Numbered from the stretch's first letter, positions 14,544 to 29,500 are shown. The stretch is DNA of 64,000 bases from Octopus vulgaris (GCA_951406725.2 OX597839.1:14570001-14634000); one strand, 5' to 3'. Notes: generated by a model not told the origin, from the sequence alone. Program-made: numbers and translations.

Positions 14544-17500
14544 TATAAATATAAAGTCAGGAGGTATGAGAGGTGAATATAGATATATTTAACCACATAA
14601 TTTTCATAGAATTATGGCCATTTCACAACCTCTTCATGTAGTAATAATTTCAGTATGCAAGAAAATCTTAGATACATTGCCTTTCCTCCTGACTATAAAA
14701 AAAAAAGAATACAAACATTCACAATGACAATGTTTTAGCCAAGAACTTTAAAGGTTTTGCTGGAATATAGTTATTTCAAAAATTCCACATTAAAAATCTT
14801 ACCATCAGTTAGCACTCAATTTAATGTAGGATAGAAGATGCAGGAAAATTAATTTTTTGCTAATTTCTATTTAAATTTGTATATCTTAGTTGCTCTAGCA
14901 GAATTTTTGTAAGATTATCAGGAGATATGTTTCATACAAAATATGGACAGTATATATTGATTTATACATACATTATGTTGGAAGGATCAATATAAAAAAA
15001 AAAATCATCCTGATTCATAGAGCATAATACTCACATGTGACAGTGATAATAGCAGTATCTGTTACAATGCCACCAGGATCAGACCCAGTGCACATATATT
15101 CGCCTGCATCTTCACGTCGGATGTTTCGAATTGTCAGAGTTCCATCAGTCTCATATGCTGAAGCGGGTAAGACACCGTCAACTTTACTCCAAGACAACAC
15201 AAGAACCTGAATTAGAAAAAGACCAACATTGAGTTAGTGCTAACATATTTAATACAGTGAGCATTAAAAAATCTGATTAAGAATAATTATGTGGTGAGGA
15301 AAAGACAACATTAGCTCTATGTGTAATATTGTTTTAATCGTTTTAAGAAGTGTGGGCGACAACATCACACCTCCTCAGGAGACATGCTGTTGTGCTAAAA
15401 AATAATAACCCAAAGACCCTGAAATTATATTACATTTAACTGAGGCTACAACTACAATGGTGTATAGTTTAAGAGCTTTTTAACTTTAGGTCGGTTCTGA
15501 TCAATTAGACTTATGATCAAAGAAATTCTAATCATTACCATTCCATATTCTGTGCAGCTAATAGTACGTATCTTGAACAGCATTGTATAATATATCCTTT
15601 TTCAAGCAGGCAGGGTTGTGGCTTGAAGGAGGTTTGCTTGCTCTTTCTAGCGGGCCTAGTGACCGTGTATAGACATTCTCAATGGAACACATTTCTGTGG
15701 TGTTGAATAAATGAGACAAATCTACTTTTCCCTGGATCCTGGATAAGATACAAACCTCTCACAGGTAACTCTCCCAAGAGAGAACAAGGTCCCTAATGTT
15801 CTCTAAGTGAACTGAAGTAGTGTAGAATTAAGCTTGTTATCCAAGGATATAGTAAATTCTTTTCTTTAACTTGTTTCAGTCATTTGACTGTGGCCATGCT
15901 GGAGCACTGCCTTTAGTTGAACAAATTGACTCCAGGACTTATTCTTTGTAAGCCTAGTACTTATTCTATCGGTCTCTCTTGCCAAACTGCTTCCTAGAGT
16001 ATAACCAGTTGGCCAATGTTAGGTTGTTCTTGTTTAGTCTAGGTCCATCCTGATTGGAGAAGACAAAAGATCAAAGCTGTTCAAACCTCAATCATCTTGT
16101 CAAATCAAAGTGGCGAACCAATTAAAAGACAGAGGATAGACAAAGGTTTGTACCAGCTTCTGTGTGTTATGCAATCAGCCTTAGCAGCCTATAAGATGTG
16201 AAATGTAAGATAAACCATTCAGCTATGCTTTAGTATAAACCGTTTAAAAGCGTAATACAGTGGGTTGTTGTGAGGAAGAAGTGTTTAATATTTCAAATAG
16301 GTGTAGGAGTGGCTGTGTGGTAAGTAGCTTGCTTATGAACCACATGGTTCCGGGTTCAGTCCCACTGCGTGACACCTTGGGCAAGTGTCTTCTACTATAG
16401 CCTCAGGCCGACCAAAGCCTTGTGAGTGGATTTGGTAGACAGAAACTGAAAGAAGCCTGTCGTATATATGTGTGTGTGTGTATATATGTTAGTGTGTCTG
16501 TATTTGTCCCCCCAACAACACTTGATAACCGATGCTGGTGGTGTATTTACATCCCCGTAACTTAGCGGTTCGGCAAAAGAGACTGATAGAATAAGTACTA
16601 GGCTTAGAAAGAATAAGTCCTGGGGTCGATTTGCTCAACTAAAGGTGGTGCTCCAGCATGGCCACAGTCAAATGACTGAAACAAGTAAAAGAGTAATATC
16701 CACTACTGATTTCAAATTTTGGCACAAGACCAGTAATTTCAACGAAAGGGTTAAGTCGATTACATCAACCCCAGTGCTCAGCTGGTACTTATTTTAGCAA
16801 CCTTGAAAGGATGAAAGGCAAAGCTGACCTTAGAGGGACTGAACTCAGAACATAAAGATGGATGAAATGTTGCAAAGCATTTTTCTCAGTGCAGCAAAGA
16901 TTCTGACAGTTCACCACCGTAAGTAATATCCATTATTGAACAGTGATTAGAAAAGAATAATCCACTAATTGTTAAAACTTTTCCTTTTTCTCACAGTAAA
17001 ATTATTGCATTTTTGGACAGATTATACATGCTAATTGCTGATGCAGTCCATCCCTAATTTTCTCATATCTTTATGATTTGGTGGTTTTCTGGGTGGAAAG
17101 GTCAAATCTTCCAACAGAAGAAAGAATGAATAAATATGGAAAAGTAACAGACAGAAACAAATGTTTTATTGACTTACCGGTGAGTGTGATCCTACCACTG
17201 TACATTCCATCTGGACAGTGCTACCTGGACGAACATTTATGTCCTTTGGTTCTGTGATTTGCACCTGGAAGGACCCAGTCCCTGTCAAGGAAGAACATGT
17301 TTTATATTAATGTCCAAAGAATCGCTTGAAGACCAGAATGAGTAAAATTAAATAAACCAACTGAAAATGTTGGGATTTTTATGCCTCCTGCCACACACAC
17401 ACACCTTGCATACTCATCACTTATAAAAAGGGTAAACAGATGGTCGTGAATTCTAAGTCTTTATCTGGTGAAGATTTGTCATTCAATATAGATTAGTGAT

Positions 17501-20500
17501 ATAGAATATAGAATAGTAATTAAAATAGTGATATTACACTTTGATCTTAGCCAAAAGGCTGAGAAGCGATATAGAAGCGAAATAGTGTTAGAGAATAGTA
17601 ATTAAAGTAAGAACTAGTTGAACGTAGAGACAAAACAATCTGGAGAAAGGAGATGTACAAAAATTGCCCTGCTAGACATATTTCAGAGAGGTTTTAATTG
17701 ACACAAATATTGCGAAGGAGAAGGAGGAGAGGAGCTAGAGACAAAAAACAAAGATGACAATTGGAAGTTTCTAAAGTACCAATTACCATCAACTATAAAA
17801 TGGATTTGTGGATGAAGAAAGGTTTCAGTAAGATGAAAGATGATGTGATCGTTCAATGCTAAAGTAGATAGATTCATGAAAGCTGAAGGACAGGGCAAGA
17901 AAAATGAAAATAAGTGGGGAGCAAGGAAGAACATCATGTAGTTAGAATACAGGTTAGACATTAGGTATACTTAACAAAAAAGATAAGCAGAAAAGGGTTC
18001 AGCAATGTTCTGTGAATATGAGAATCAGAAGAATGAAGTGTTCCAAATTAGAAAGCAGGATGTTGTTGATAAAAAATGTAGAAATGAGATATTAGGGATA
18101 TTTTCTTTGTAGGGGAGCTACTACTACAGACATTCTTTACCAAGAGTAAGCCACTACTCCAAGCATTTGTTGACCTGGAGAAAGCCTTTGACACAGAATC
18201 ATAATCAGTAGTGTAGCGATCTTTAAGAAAACTTGGTATAAATAAAAGGTGGAAGTGACCAAAAGATCAGAAAGGAATTCAGTGTGCAACTAACTACATG
18301 TTCATCAGAACTCAGTTCTCAGCCCACCCACTTCTAGTTTACTATAGATCAAGAGGCCATAAAAGAGTAGTTATGGAAGTTTCTGTATAGTGCTGGTCTG
18401 GTGCTCATAGTCAAGGCTACCAAAGTATTAGAGAAGTTTCAAATATGGAAATAAAGGTTAAAATTACGAGGTCTTTAAGCAAACACGACAAAATTTTTGC
18501 TTATCAAGAAAGAATACATATCTCTACTTCCAATTGGGAAGTGGTCATGTTCAGTATACAGAAAAGGAGTACCAACTGGTGCAATGAGATCACAGGAAGG
18601 CAAACAAAAAATGGACTTCATTTATAGCAGATACACAGGAATATACAAGAGCACCCATTAAATAAATGCTTTGAGGGTTTCTAAGAAAAATAGTTAATAG
18701 CTCCCATTATGTAGGTGTTATAAACCCAAACTCGAATATCAAAGTTTAAAAGGTTTTAATCGACTAAAAAATACAGCAATATACAACACATACAAAGATT
18801 GCTAAATTGTAAGCAAAACCAAACTTCAACGCAATAAGATTTTTTATGCAGCGAGTTTCTACATTCTCAACTAACTAAAATCAACGCTGAACATGTCGTA
18901 TCCAAACAGAACAAATTAGTATTGAAGGAGAGTGTTCTGAAAGTAAAATAGTTAAACAAAAACCAGATGGAAAATGTTCAGGGAGCTGAAAGCAAAGGGA
19001 TTTTTTACTCTGATTGAAAACTGCATGTGAATTCAGTGGAATGCTGTAGAGAGGACAATGAAGCATGAGCATTGAATGCAGAGGATGTGCGAAAGTTGGG
19101 GGAAAAAATGAGGTGAATGTATTTTGCAAACTGAGAAATGTTGATGTGCATGAATGTCAGAGAATGAATTAGTGAGGAAAAAAAAAACTAGGCTTAAGAT
19201 GAATAAGATGTAGTGAGCATGAGAGAAAGCTAAATTGATATGGACATGTAACAAACAGGGAGGACACCAGTAGAGTGAAGAAGTGACATGTAATCCAGGT
19301 GAAAGGAATGTGTAAAAGAGGAAAACCAAAGAAGACATGGGAAACAGTGGTGATGAAAGATGCTCTTAGGAGTCTGAACCTCATAAAGGAGATTACAGAC
19401 ACCAGCATCAGTCGATTAAATTGATACTAAAGCTTGTATAATGTGGTTCTAGTACATAATAAATACTTTAGTACCAGTTATGCACAGAAACCACATTATA
19501 CAAGCTAGAACACTAACTACAATGTAAAACTTGGAATGAAGAGGAGGAATTGGATATAAGGAAATGAGGAGTAAATAAGAAAAGGAGACAAATAGTAGAA
19601 CTTACTGATGACCACAAGCTCGACATATTGTTGGGAAGTTCCATAAATACTGTTGGCTGTACAAACATAACGTCCACTGTCTGAAGGTGCGATATTCTTG
19701 ATGATCAAGTCATGCTCATCATTCTGCTCAGCTCTGTTGGGCAGTGGTGTGCCATCAACCTTTCGCCACACAACAGAGATAGGTCTTTGACCTGTAACTC
19801 GGCAGTGGAAGATTGCAACTTGTCCTATCATCTCACTGCTTCGGAGAGGACTTACGGTTACTTGAGGACTCGAGCTATCTGTAAAGAGAAAAGGGCAGGA
19901 AAAAGAAAATTAGATAAAGGTGAGAGGGGATGGAAGGTGAGGACAAAATTGCCAAAATGGGAGTGTGTAAGAAAGAGTGTATATGTGTGCATGTATAAGA
20001 GAGTGTTTGTCCATGTGAGATAAGAGAATGCATATATGCATAAGAGAGTGTGTGTAAAGGAATGTATGTGTGCAAATGAAAGTATATATGTAAAAGAATA
20101 AGAATAAGGATATGTATGCGTGTGTAAAAAAAGAATGCATATGCAGGTGTTGCAGAAGGGAACATGTGTGTATGCAGAGGGATAAAAATATAATACAGTG
20201 CTATAGTTACCATCTCTTTCTCTACAGTATCCTCTGGGTTCTCTTGGGTTGCCTGTGAATCCAGGAGCACACCTGGCAAACAGACAAGGAGCAATAGTTA
20301 AATGCAGTTCTCATGTTGAAAACAAAACAAAGCCTTTAAAAGTTTTTAAAAAAATGAAAATGCAGCTAGACAGAGAGTAATAGAAGAGGTGGTGATGGTG
20401 TTGGCATAAATTGTTGTTTTTACTTTGATCAAGTAGACCTACAATCAGGGTAGTCAACTTGTGACCATCCCATCATTTTAGTGGTATCCTACCCCCTTTT

Positions 20501-23500
20501 TTTAAGACTGTAATATATGCTTTGAGTGTGATCTGGCTGCTATTTTAACATTATCGGATGACTGACCATTTAAATTTTCATTTGTTAGCCTGGTGTGATT
20601 TGAGGGTGATTCGGATGTGAGTTGTTGCAGTTTGAGTAACAATATAAAGTCACTCACTTTGGTTTGCTTTGGTATAATTAAAAATAAATCTAGTTACTAT
20701 TTCTGGCACATTATAAGACTTAGTTGACTCTTCCATGTTGATTTGTAATATTGTTGTGGTTATCGAATCATTATTATCACTGGCATTGCAGTAGTGACCA
20801 TCCAGTTTGTTTCACATACCAGGGGTTAAATAATCCTGTGTGTCCATTTATTTGTTTTTAGACAGTATGCTACAATTTGAGTGATTTATGGTAGCTATTT
20901 CTAGCAGGTATTATAACCAAAATACAGAGTTTCTCATTGGTTTGTACCTTTCTAATACAGACACAAAGCCACATATTTTATATGAAGGGTACAATTGTTT
21001 AAACTGTCCTTAAGCAGTACCTATTTTTATTCCTGAAAGGACAAAAAAATGAAGATGACTTTGGCAGGATTTGAGCTTAAAATGTTATGGCATTTTATCC
21101 ATCCTCAACCTATCTGGACATCCTTCAATAATAATACTAATAATAATGGTTCCAATTTGGGAGTAAGGCCTCAAATATAACATTGAAGAATGACACCAGT
21201 ACTTGACTGGGACTTATTCTATTGATCCCAGATCAGTTATAGTTGAGCATAACTATGATAGGTGTTCCAATTGTGACAACTCCATCAGTTATACATCAGG
21301 AACCATACTGTTCAATATTTTCTTTATTTAACACTGAAATTTGTCTGCTATTATCAGCTGGTTGATGACCATATGTTAGCTCTGCCTGTCAAAATTGCCA
21401 GTAAATGGACAATGTGTGTGTGTGTGTGTATGCCTTTTTTTTCTTCTCCTGCCCTTCATCTTATATTTTCTATTTGATATGTTCAGAGGAGGTGGATAAA
21501 TAACAGGCTAGTCTTCATTACTTCAGCAAAAAGGTGGCCATTAAAGACAGTGTGACTGTTGACCTACTTTGTTAGGGATGGCAATAGAGGGTGAACTATT
21601 TTTTGACTCCATATATACATATAATTGCATAATAATAAGATTAAGAGCATCACTAGTTTCTTCAGATTCTTCTGTCTTTGCATATTATTTGCACATTATT
21701 ATTGCTATCAATATAATAATTAAGTGAGGAAGAATTTTTTAAAAGTCATGTCAGCAAACCCAAACTTGATACTTACACACCACAGTCACGTCCTGCATAG
21801 CCAGGACGACAGTTGTCACAGGTTACCTGGCTATCTGGAGCCAAGTAGCATGTTGGAGAGAAGCTGAAAGATAAAGAAATGACATTTAAAAGAATGGAGA
21901 AACAGAATTATAAATTTAGAAGAAAAAATGGTTTGGGTGCCAGCCTCCCTTTGCTGGTTAAGCTCCTCCAAAAATTATCATCATGTAGTGTATATGTGTA
22001 GTTAGTGGGCATCAAACTAGTAGAAACTAGTGGGTTTTAATGTATGTACCTGTAAAATGTACAGCACAGCATTGCAAGCACACATATCACTTTTACTGTA
22101 CTCCTGCTGCTTACAAAAGAGACACCAACTTGTGTCACCTAGGACCCTTATTTCGTTAAATTCAGCCTTGTTTGAACAGACCTTTGTTTCATTCATGGCC
22201 TATCAATATGTTTCTAACCCTGGCATACCTTGGACAATATTGTCCAGTGTACTCATATTTTTCTAAAGATGAAGGTGCAATTTATGGGAGACTTGGCTGC
22301 TATTTCATGTAGATTGAGCAGCCATGTAAAGATTCCCTTGTTGTGTCACATCACCTAAATATTTAAAACAAGGTGATCTAATTTAGAACTAATCCATCCA
22401 TTAGGTAGCTAAGTATTACAGATATAATCACAGCACAGTACCAATGATAGAATTCAAGTCCCAGAACTTTTGGCTAATAGACGAGCATGCTAATAATTCA
22501 GGTAAAATAGCTGTAGGCATGACTGAGTGGTTAAGAAGTTCACACCACATCTTTGCACAGTCTTGGAGAAATACCTCTTCTACCATAACCTCAGTCTTCT
22601 ATATAGTTGTATCTTATGGCAGAAACAGCTGTAAGCTAATGGAGTTCATTACATAATTTCTTGTCTACTTGTCCTTTACGTAATCTTTTACGCTCTGTAC
22701 TCAATGAATGCTTTATCTCTGAAACACATGTATATTGAATTCTAACACCTAGTTATTCGTATCGTTATGCCTAAATGAAAATATTAATATACTTTTCTTG
22801 TGAAATTATTCACACTACAGTGGTAGTCAAGCATGTTCTCACCTGATCACAGAGGTATTCATGAACAAAAATAATATTTGTCTATTTAGCCATTCACACA
22901 CACACACACAAATAGGTATGAATGTATGCATGTGTATGTATATCTTTTGACAAAGTATATCACCAAAAGATATAAACAAAATCTCTTGACATCTGCTTGA
23001 TTTACAGACACTCCCTTGTCACTATCACAACTGTTAGAAATTTGAATCAGCCCATTAGAAACCAGTAGCCAATAACACTTTTGTTCATAAATTGTGATAT
23101 AAATTATTATATATAAACAAGACCACTCAGAGAGCGCAAACCTCCGCCAAGGCAACGCCAACATCCTCTCAATGACTAGCCAGAAATGATTTTTAAAATG
23201 AGAATATCTGAAATAAACTTGACTGCTCTCACAAATGAGAATATTAAAAATGAACCCAACTGCTCTAAAAAAATTAAGTAAAAATAACAGGAAAAATAAT
23301 CTGGAATCCTTGTCCGGTACCAGCTCAATCCCAAAATCTAACCAGTTTGTACCAGTCATGAGGTCAAACATTCCTGAAAGTTTCATCCGAATCCATCCAG
23401 CGATTCTTGAGATACCACGGACAAACAAACAAACACAACTGAAAACAATACCCCCACCTTTGCTAAGGTAGAGGTAATAAATCAGTTGTGCATAATACTG

Positions 23501-26500
23501 TAAAAAAAATCTTTACTTTTTTTGTCTTTAGTCAGTAAAATGTTATTTCCTATTTGCTTCTACCTAGAAATCAAAGGAAATGACTACCATTCCCTTCAAA
23601 CTTTGCTTTTGTAACCAGGACATCAATGTTTTGAAACTTATCTATTTTGCATTGAATTTCGAACAGATTCAGCACTGAGTCAGTAAAGCAAAGCAGAAAT
23701 ATTATTATAACAAATAAACTGCTCAATACTACAGATTTGCTTGTCAGTTGCTGACAATATGTGCATCTCTGATCACGAGCAGTGGGGGAGCATCATAACC
23801 ATATGTTGAGAAGGAATCTTTATCATCATCATCATCATCATCGTTTAATGTCCGTTCTCCATGCTAGCATGGGTTGGACGGTTTGACCGGGGATCTGGGA
23901 AGCCAGAAGGCTGCCCCAGGCTCCGGTCTTATCTGGCAATGTTTCTACAGCTGGATGCCCTTCCTAACGCCAACCACTCCGTGAGTGTAGTGGGTGCTTT
24001 TTACGTGCCACCTGCACTGGTGCCAGGCGAGGCTGGCAATGGCCACAGTCGGATTGGTGCACTTTACGTGCCACCGGCATGGAAGCCAGTCGAGGCGGCA
24101 CTGGCTTCGGCCACGATTCGGATGGTGCTTTTTACGTATCTCCAGCCCAGGGGTCCTGGCATCTGCCAGGTGCCAGTCATAGGATTGGTTCAATTTCGAT
24201 TCCGATTTCGATTTCACTTGCCCCAACAGGTCTTCGCAAGCCAAGGGGAGTAGGCATAGGTGCCTGTTGTCGGATGAGGTTCGGTATCGACTTCGCTTGC
24301 CTCAACAGGTCTTTGTGTGTCCAAGGGAGGAAAGGCATGCATAAGTGGGCTGGACTCACTTGTCCTGCCTGGTCTTTTCACGCACAGCATATTTCCAAAG
24401 GTCTCGGTCACAGGTCATTTCCTCAGTGAGACCTAAAGTTCGAAGGTCGTGCTTCACCACCTTGTCCCAAGTTTTCCTGGGTCTACCTCTTCAACGGGTT
24501 CCCTCCACTGCTAGGGATTGGCACTTTTTCACACACCTATCTTCATCCATTCTCGCCACATGACCATACCAGCGCAATCGTCTCTCTTGCACACCACAAC
24601 TGATGCTCCTTAAGTCCAACATTTCTCTCAGGGTACTAACGCTCTGTCGAGCATGCACACTGACATTACACATCCAATGATTTCAATAAATGTAACAAAA
24701 GCAATGTTTGAAGAAAATATTAGCCATTTTTTATAAGAAAAAAGAAAATCTTGTTATACAATGTTATCAACACTAAAAACAGTAAAACAGAACACAAACA
24801 AATGTTAAAAAAAGATTACAAAAAAAAAGAGAGAATTTTTCTGTAAACAAGCTTACTTGTTTGATGGTAGGGTCAGAGGGCAAGCACATGGTCGACAGTC
24901 ACTGGAGGTGCCAAATGTAGCATCACCATAAAAGCCAGGTTTACAGATTTCACATCTATCACCTGCTGTATTGTGTTGGCAGTTCTGTGGAGAAGAAATA
25001 TTGAGGTGAGCAGGCAATGGGGGAATAGAGGAGAAGGTTCTAGCATGTAAATAAATCATTGTTGAAATTTCTAAGCTGGAGTGAAATAAATATGAATGAG
25101 GAGAAGGAAAAAGAGAGAGATCAGATACACACATGATTTGTATAATATATACGTCTTTCTATGTATGTGAGTATCTCTAATCAGGGAACTTTTTTAACCA
25201 GTTACCTCCAAATATATTTATTGACACCGACGTTACCCCCTTGATTTGAAAGGAAGAAAATCATAGATTCTTTGAATTCAAAAGGTTTATAGAATTGTAA
25301 ATATAAAAAGTAAAAAACAAATGCGATAAAATAAATTAATATCCTTATTATGAAATAAAAGGATTTTTCTAGAAACTTTTTCACTTCAGGTTTTGGAGAA
25401 ATGATAGTGTTTCCTTTTTGTTACAATTACATCAAAATTGGGATATTTTGATGCCAGAGCAATTTGGATAGTCTTCAGTGTCCAATCGATTTTGTTAAAG
25501 GGTTGAATGAACAACTACTTAAATCTACTTAAACAAAGCAAAAACACATGTCAAAAAATAGGGTTAAGGCCTATGATAGACAACTGACAAATAATGTCTG
25601 TTTAGTCATTTAACAACAGCTTAGCAAGCAAATAGTTCAAAATGGCATGATGTCTCCTAAACAAAGCCATTACATTGGACAGATGCAGTGTTGCCACAAG
25701 AAAAAATTTCTGTTGTTACAAAGAACATGTTTTTTATATAATTTTACTTATGTCTAATGAATCCTTATTTTTACCCCACATGAGGTAATTTACCCCAGTT
25801 CGCTAAACCCTACTCTAAGTGAATATAAGCATCTCTAAAGACTCTGCCAGTCAAGACCCCTACTGAAATAGGATTATGCATACAGAAATTCTTTACCAAA
25901 CCAATACCTGCAGCATTAATGCCACATGATACAAGAATCAGTTGAGGCAGTTCAGATTTGTAAAAGCGCACATGTATCTAGCTTCTCTCCTGTAAGGATA
26001 TGCATGTGTATATATAAATAAAACCACAATAAAATCAAATGGAAATTGTAGTTGTGATACCTGGGCCGGTGGCACATAAAAAGCACCACCTGTACGTGGT
26101 CGATGCCAGCGCTGCCTTGACTGGCATCTGTGCCGGTGGCATGTAAAAAGCACCAACCGATCGTGGCCGTTGCCAGCCTCCCCTGCCACCTGTGCTGGTG
26201 GCATGTAAAAAGCAGCCACTGCACTCACAGAGTGGTTGGCATTAGGAAGGGCATCCAGCGGTAGAAACACTGCCAGATCAGAATGGAGCCTGGTGCAGCC
26301 TCCTGGCTTCCCAGACCCTGGTCAAACCGTCCAATCCATGCTAGCATGGAAAACGGACGTTAAACGATGATGATGATGATGATGATGACATGCATTTACA
26401 CTCATCAAGAAGGATGGTCAACTAATATAAACTGTACAAAACCTTTAGCAATGAAGACACAATTTATCACTTGCAATTGTAACAGAGGGCCTACTTGAAC

Positions 26501-29500
26501 TCTAAAAGTAAAGTTTTTTCTTCTTGTCCTTGAAATCTGAAATATATCTTAGCCAACTGGCTGGTTCCACTCTAGCAGCAAAGTTTGACTCTTGCCTCAT
26601 TAAAAGTCCTTTCATCATAAAAAGGAATTTATTTTCCCCACATCCTGATTACACAAGCATGTACATATTCTTGCCTACACATTTTCTTCAAAAACAAAAA
26701 AAAAACCTCTCACCAGTCTCTCTCTCTCTTCTCTCCCCTCAGAGTGCTATCTGATATACAACAGATTGTGGTGGAGAGCTGTTGCCATTTGAATGCTGCT
26801 AAGCAGGATAATGGTGAAAGGGACTAGTTGAAGAAACATAACTTCTAAGAGCCAGGCAGTTAATGAAGTTGGTTACAAATGAGTGTACTGGGAGGAAGTA
26901 CAGGGCTTCATTGGAGTATAAGGAACTGCTAGCAACAGCAAACACCCCTTTCTCATAATATTAATTAATCATAATTAATCTAAAGTCTGGCATTGTCTAC
27001 CTCAGCTTCGTTGACCAGAATTAAACATAACTACAGGTGTAATTTAAACTAATTATAATTTCTTGGTTCACAATTAAACATGTTAGCACTGTCAGTGCAC
27101 TTTACAAACCCTTTGTATGATATGCTTGTGAGGATTTAATAATTCCTGGCTGGTATATAGATTGGGTGATAAGACTGATAATTAACATTTGATATCAGTT
27201 TTAACCTCAATGCATGAAGACCTTAGGGACCACTAAAGGTGTCAAAGAAATAATTCACAGTATCAAATCAATAGTACTCACTACACATTTTCCTGTCTGT
27301 GGATCACATGTTGATGAATGCTTATTGCAGTTGCACATGACACAACGGCCCAATGCAGTGCCTTCTTTCTGAACCCTAGAATAACCTGGAGAACATTCCT
27401 TGAGAAAAAAAAAGAAAGAAAAAAAATCAAAACAAAAATTAATGATTGTTAAGTTAGGTAAAAGAAAAGGAAAGATCGGAAAGAAGGAAGAAATTGTGAC
27501 TGGAAAACTTTTCCTTGGCTTCAGATAATTTGGGAGTAAATAAGAGCAAAGGATTTCATGTTGTGAAAAATAAATAAAATTTAATACTCACTTGGCAGGA
27601 AACACCTGTGTAACCTTGAGGACATTCACATAACTCTACCATAGGAGCACGGTCAAGTCCAGTAGCTTCTGGTACAGCAGTTTCCATGGTCAAATCACGT
27701 AGGCTGATAACATTCATTTTAGTGTGATAGGTTGCTCTGATCAAGATGGCATCAACGTTGGCAAGAGCAGACAAGAAGACTTCTCGGGATGGAATGGAAC
27801 CATCAAACATATGGAACGATTTCTGAAGACAGAATAATAATTGAAAAATAATTTGTCAGAATGAATATGCTTTCACACACACATTTCTAGTGGTTTGATC
27901 TGGAAGAAAGGTCTGAGCTGATAGCCTTCATAAGCCCTCTAGGTCTGTCAAAATCAGTACAGTTAATGTTCAACTTGTAAATCAATGGCTGCAGAGAAAA
28001 CAAGTGTAGAGGAAATTGCAGAAAGCCAATGTGCTGGAAAGAAGGACTGAATTTGTCAATATCCTTCTTCTTATTTATTTAAAATTAGTGTCATCTTTCA
28101 CTTTCTTTACTTGTTTTTAATCATCGGATGGCAGCAAGTACATCACTATTTTCAAGAATGTTCAATTATACTGACCCCGGCACTTATCTTCTCTCCATTT
28201 TATCAATCTCTGTTAACCGTATTATAAATAAATGACCTACCAAACTACATCTCTTTAGAGAATTCCTTCACTCTAGGAGTAAACACCATATGAAACTTGG
28301 ACAGATTTGCACTGGTACATGCAAAACACACACACACATACAAAAAAAAAAAAAATAAAAGGAATCTTACTTCAGTCAGCAGAATTTCATAGTTCTGTGG
28401 TGTTGATGCTCTAGCTGATGGGTTGAACAAATAATAGAGACGCTGGCCATTAGTCTGAAAGGAAATAAATGTAAAAGATGAAGGAGGGAAGAAATGCTAA
28501 AACAACTGATTCTAATTTAGGTACAAAACCAGTAATTTTTTGTGGTGGTGGGAAATAAGTTGATTAAGTTGACTCCAGTACTTGGCTGGAATTTTATTTT
28601 ATCAACACCGGAAGGATGAAAGGCAAAGATAACCAAACCAAGATTTAAACTAAGAATTCAAAGAGTCAGAAGAAATACCATAAAGTATTTGGGGGGGGGG
28701 GGGGCTTAGTAGTTAGAGTGTTGGACTCATGACTCTAAGATTGTGGTTTTGATTCTTGGACAGGACGATGCGTTGAGTTCTTGAGCAACACACTTCATTT
28801 CACATTGCTCCAGCTCACTCAGCTGGTAAAAAAAAAGGGTGATCCTGCAACAGGCATCCCATCCTGGGTATAATATATATAAACCAGAGAATCCAGTCCT
28901 ATGCTCCTTATGGAGTAATGAGGACTACCCAATTTGTCTGATGCACTAATGGTTCTGCAAATTTAGACCTCTTAGAAATGCCAAAATAAAACACTCAGTG
29001 TAACATGAATACTTACAATGATTTCAACATCTGTTTCTCTGAAGAAATTTCCACGACTTTCATCAACTGAGAATTCCATTGTGAACTTGAGATAACCACC
29101 ATAAGATGTCACCTACAAAAAGAATGAAAAAGATAAATAGTAATGTTTGAAAGGTATTCTTGCATGGATATTACTGAAGTAGCAGAAGCCAGGGGAGAGG
29201 ATTTCAACATTTTGGACTAGTTATTCACTCATCAACATTTCTCTGATAAAATCAATTACTATACAGAGCAGTATAAATGTGGGTATGGATGTATGTAATT
29301 AAGTATGTGTACATGTGTGTATGTGTGTGTATATAAATATATATTTATATATATATATATATATATATCATCATCGTTTAACATCTGCTTTCCACGCTGG
29401 CATGGGTTGGATGGTTTGACTGAGGACTGGCAAACCAGATGGCTGTACCAGGCTCCAATCTGATCTGGCAGAGTTTCTACAGATGTATGCCCTTCCTAAT

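Noticed and set aside
16300-16380. tRNA gene
   Set aside because: A/B-box-like head continues into a multi-copy SINE body; no complete cloverleaf
22701-22738. Hammerhead-like remnant (tcaat..gaaacacatgta-tattga)
   Set aside because: Helix I and III-like pieces are present but the CUGANGA core and stem II are missing
22886-23428. 180-aa minus-strand ORF
   Set aside because: Overlaps a non-autonomous repeat and AT-rich intron sequence; no motifs or splice support
25181-25815. Possible hAT-type MITE (CAGGG...CCCTA)
   Set aside because: TIR match is short and the 8-bp TSD does not align convincingly
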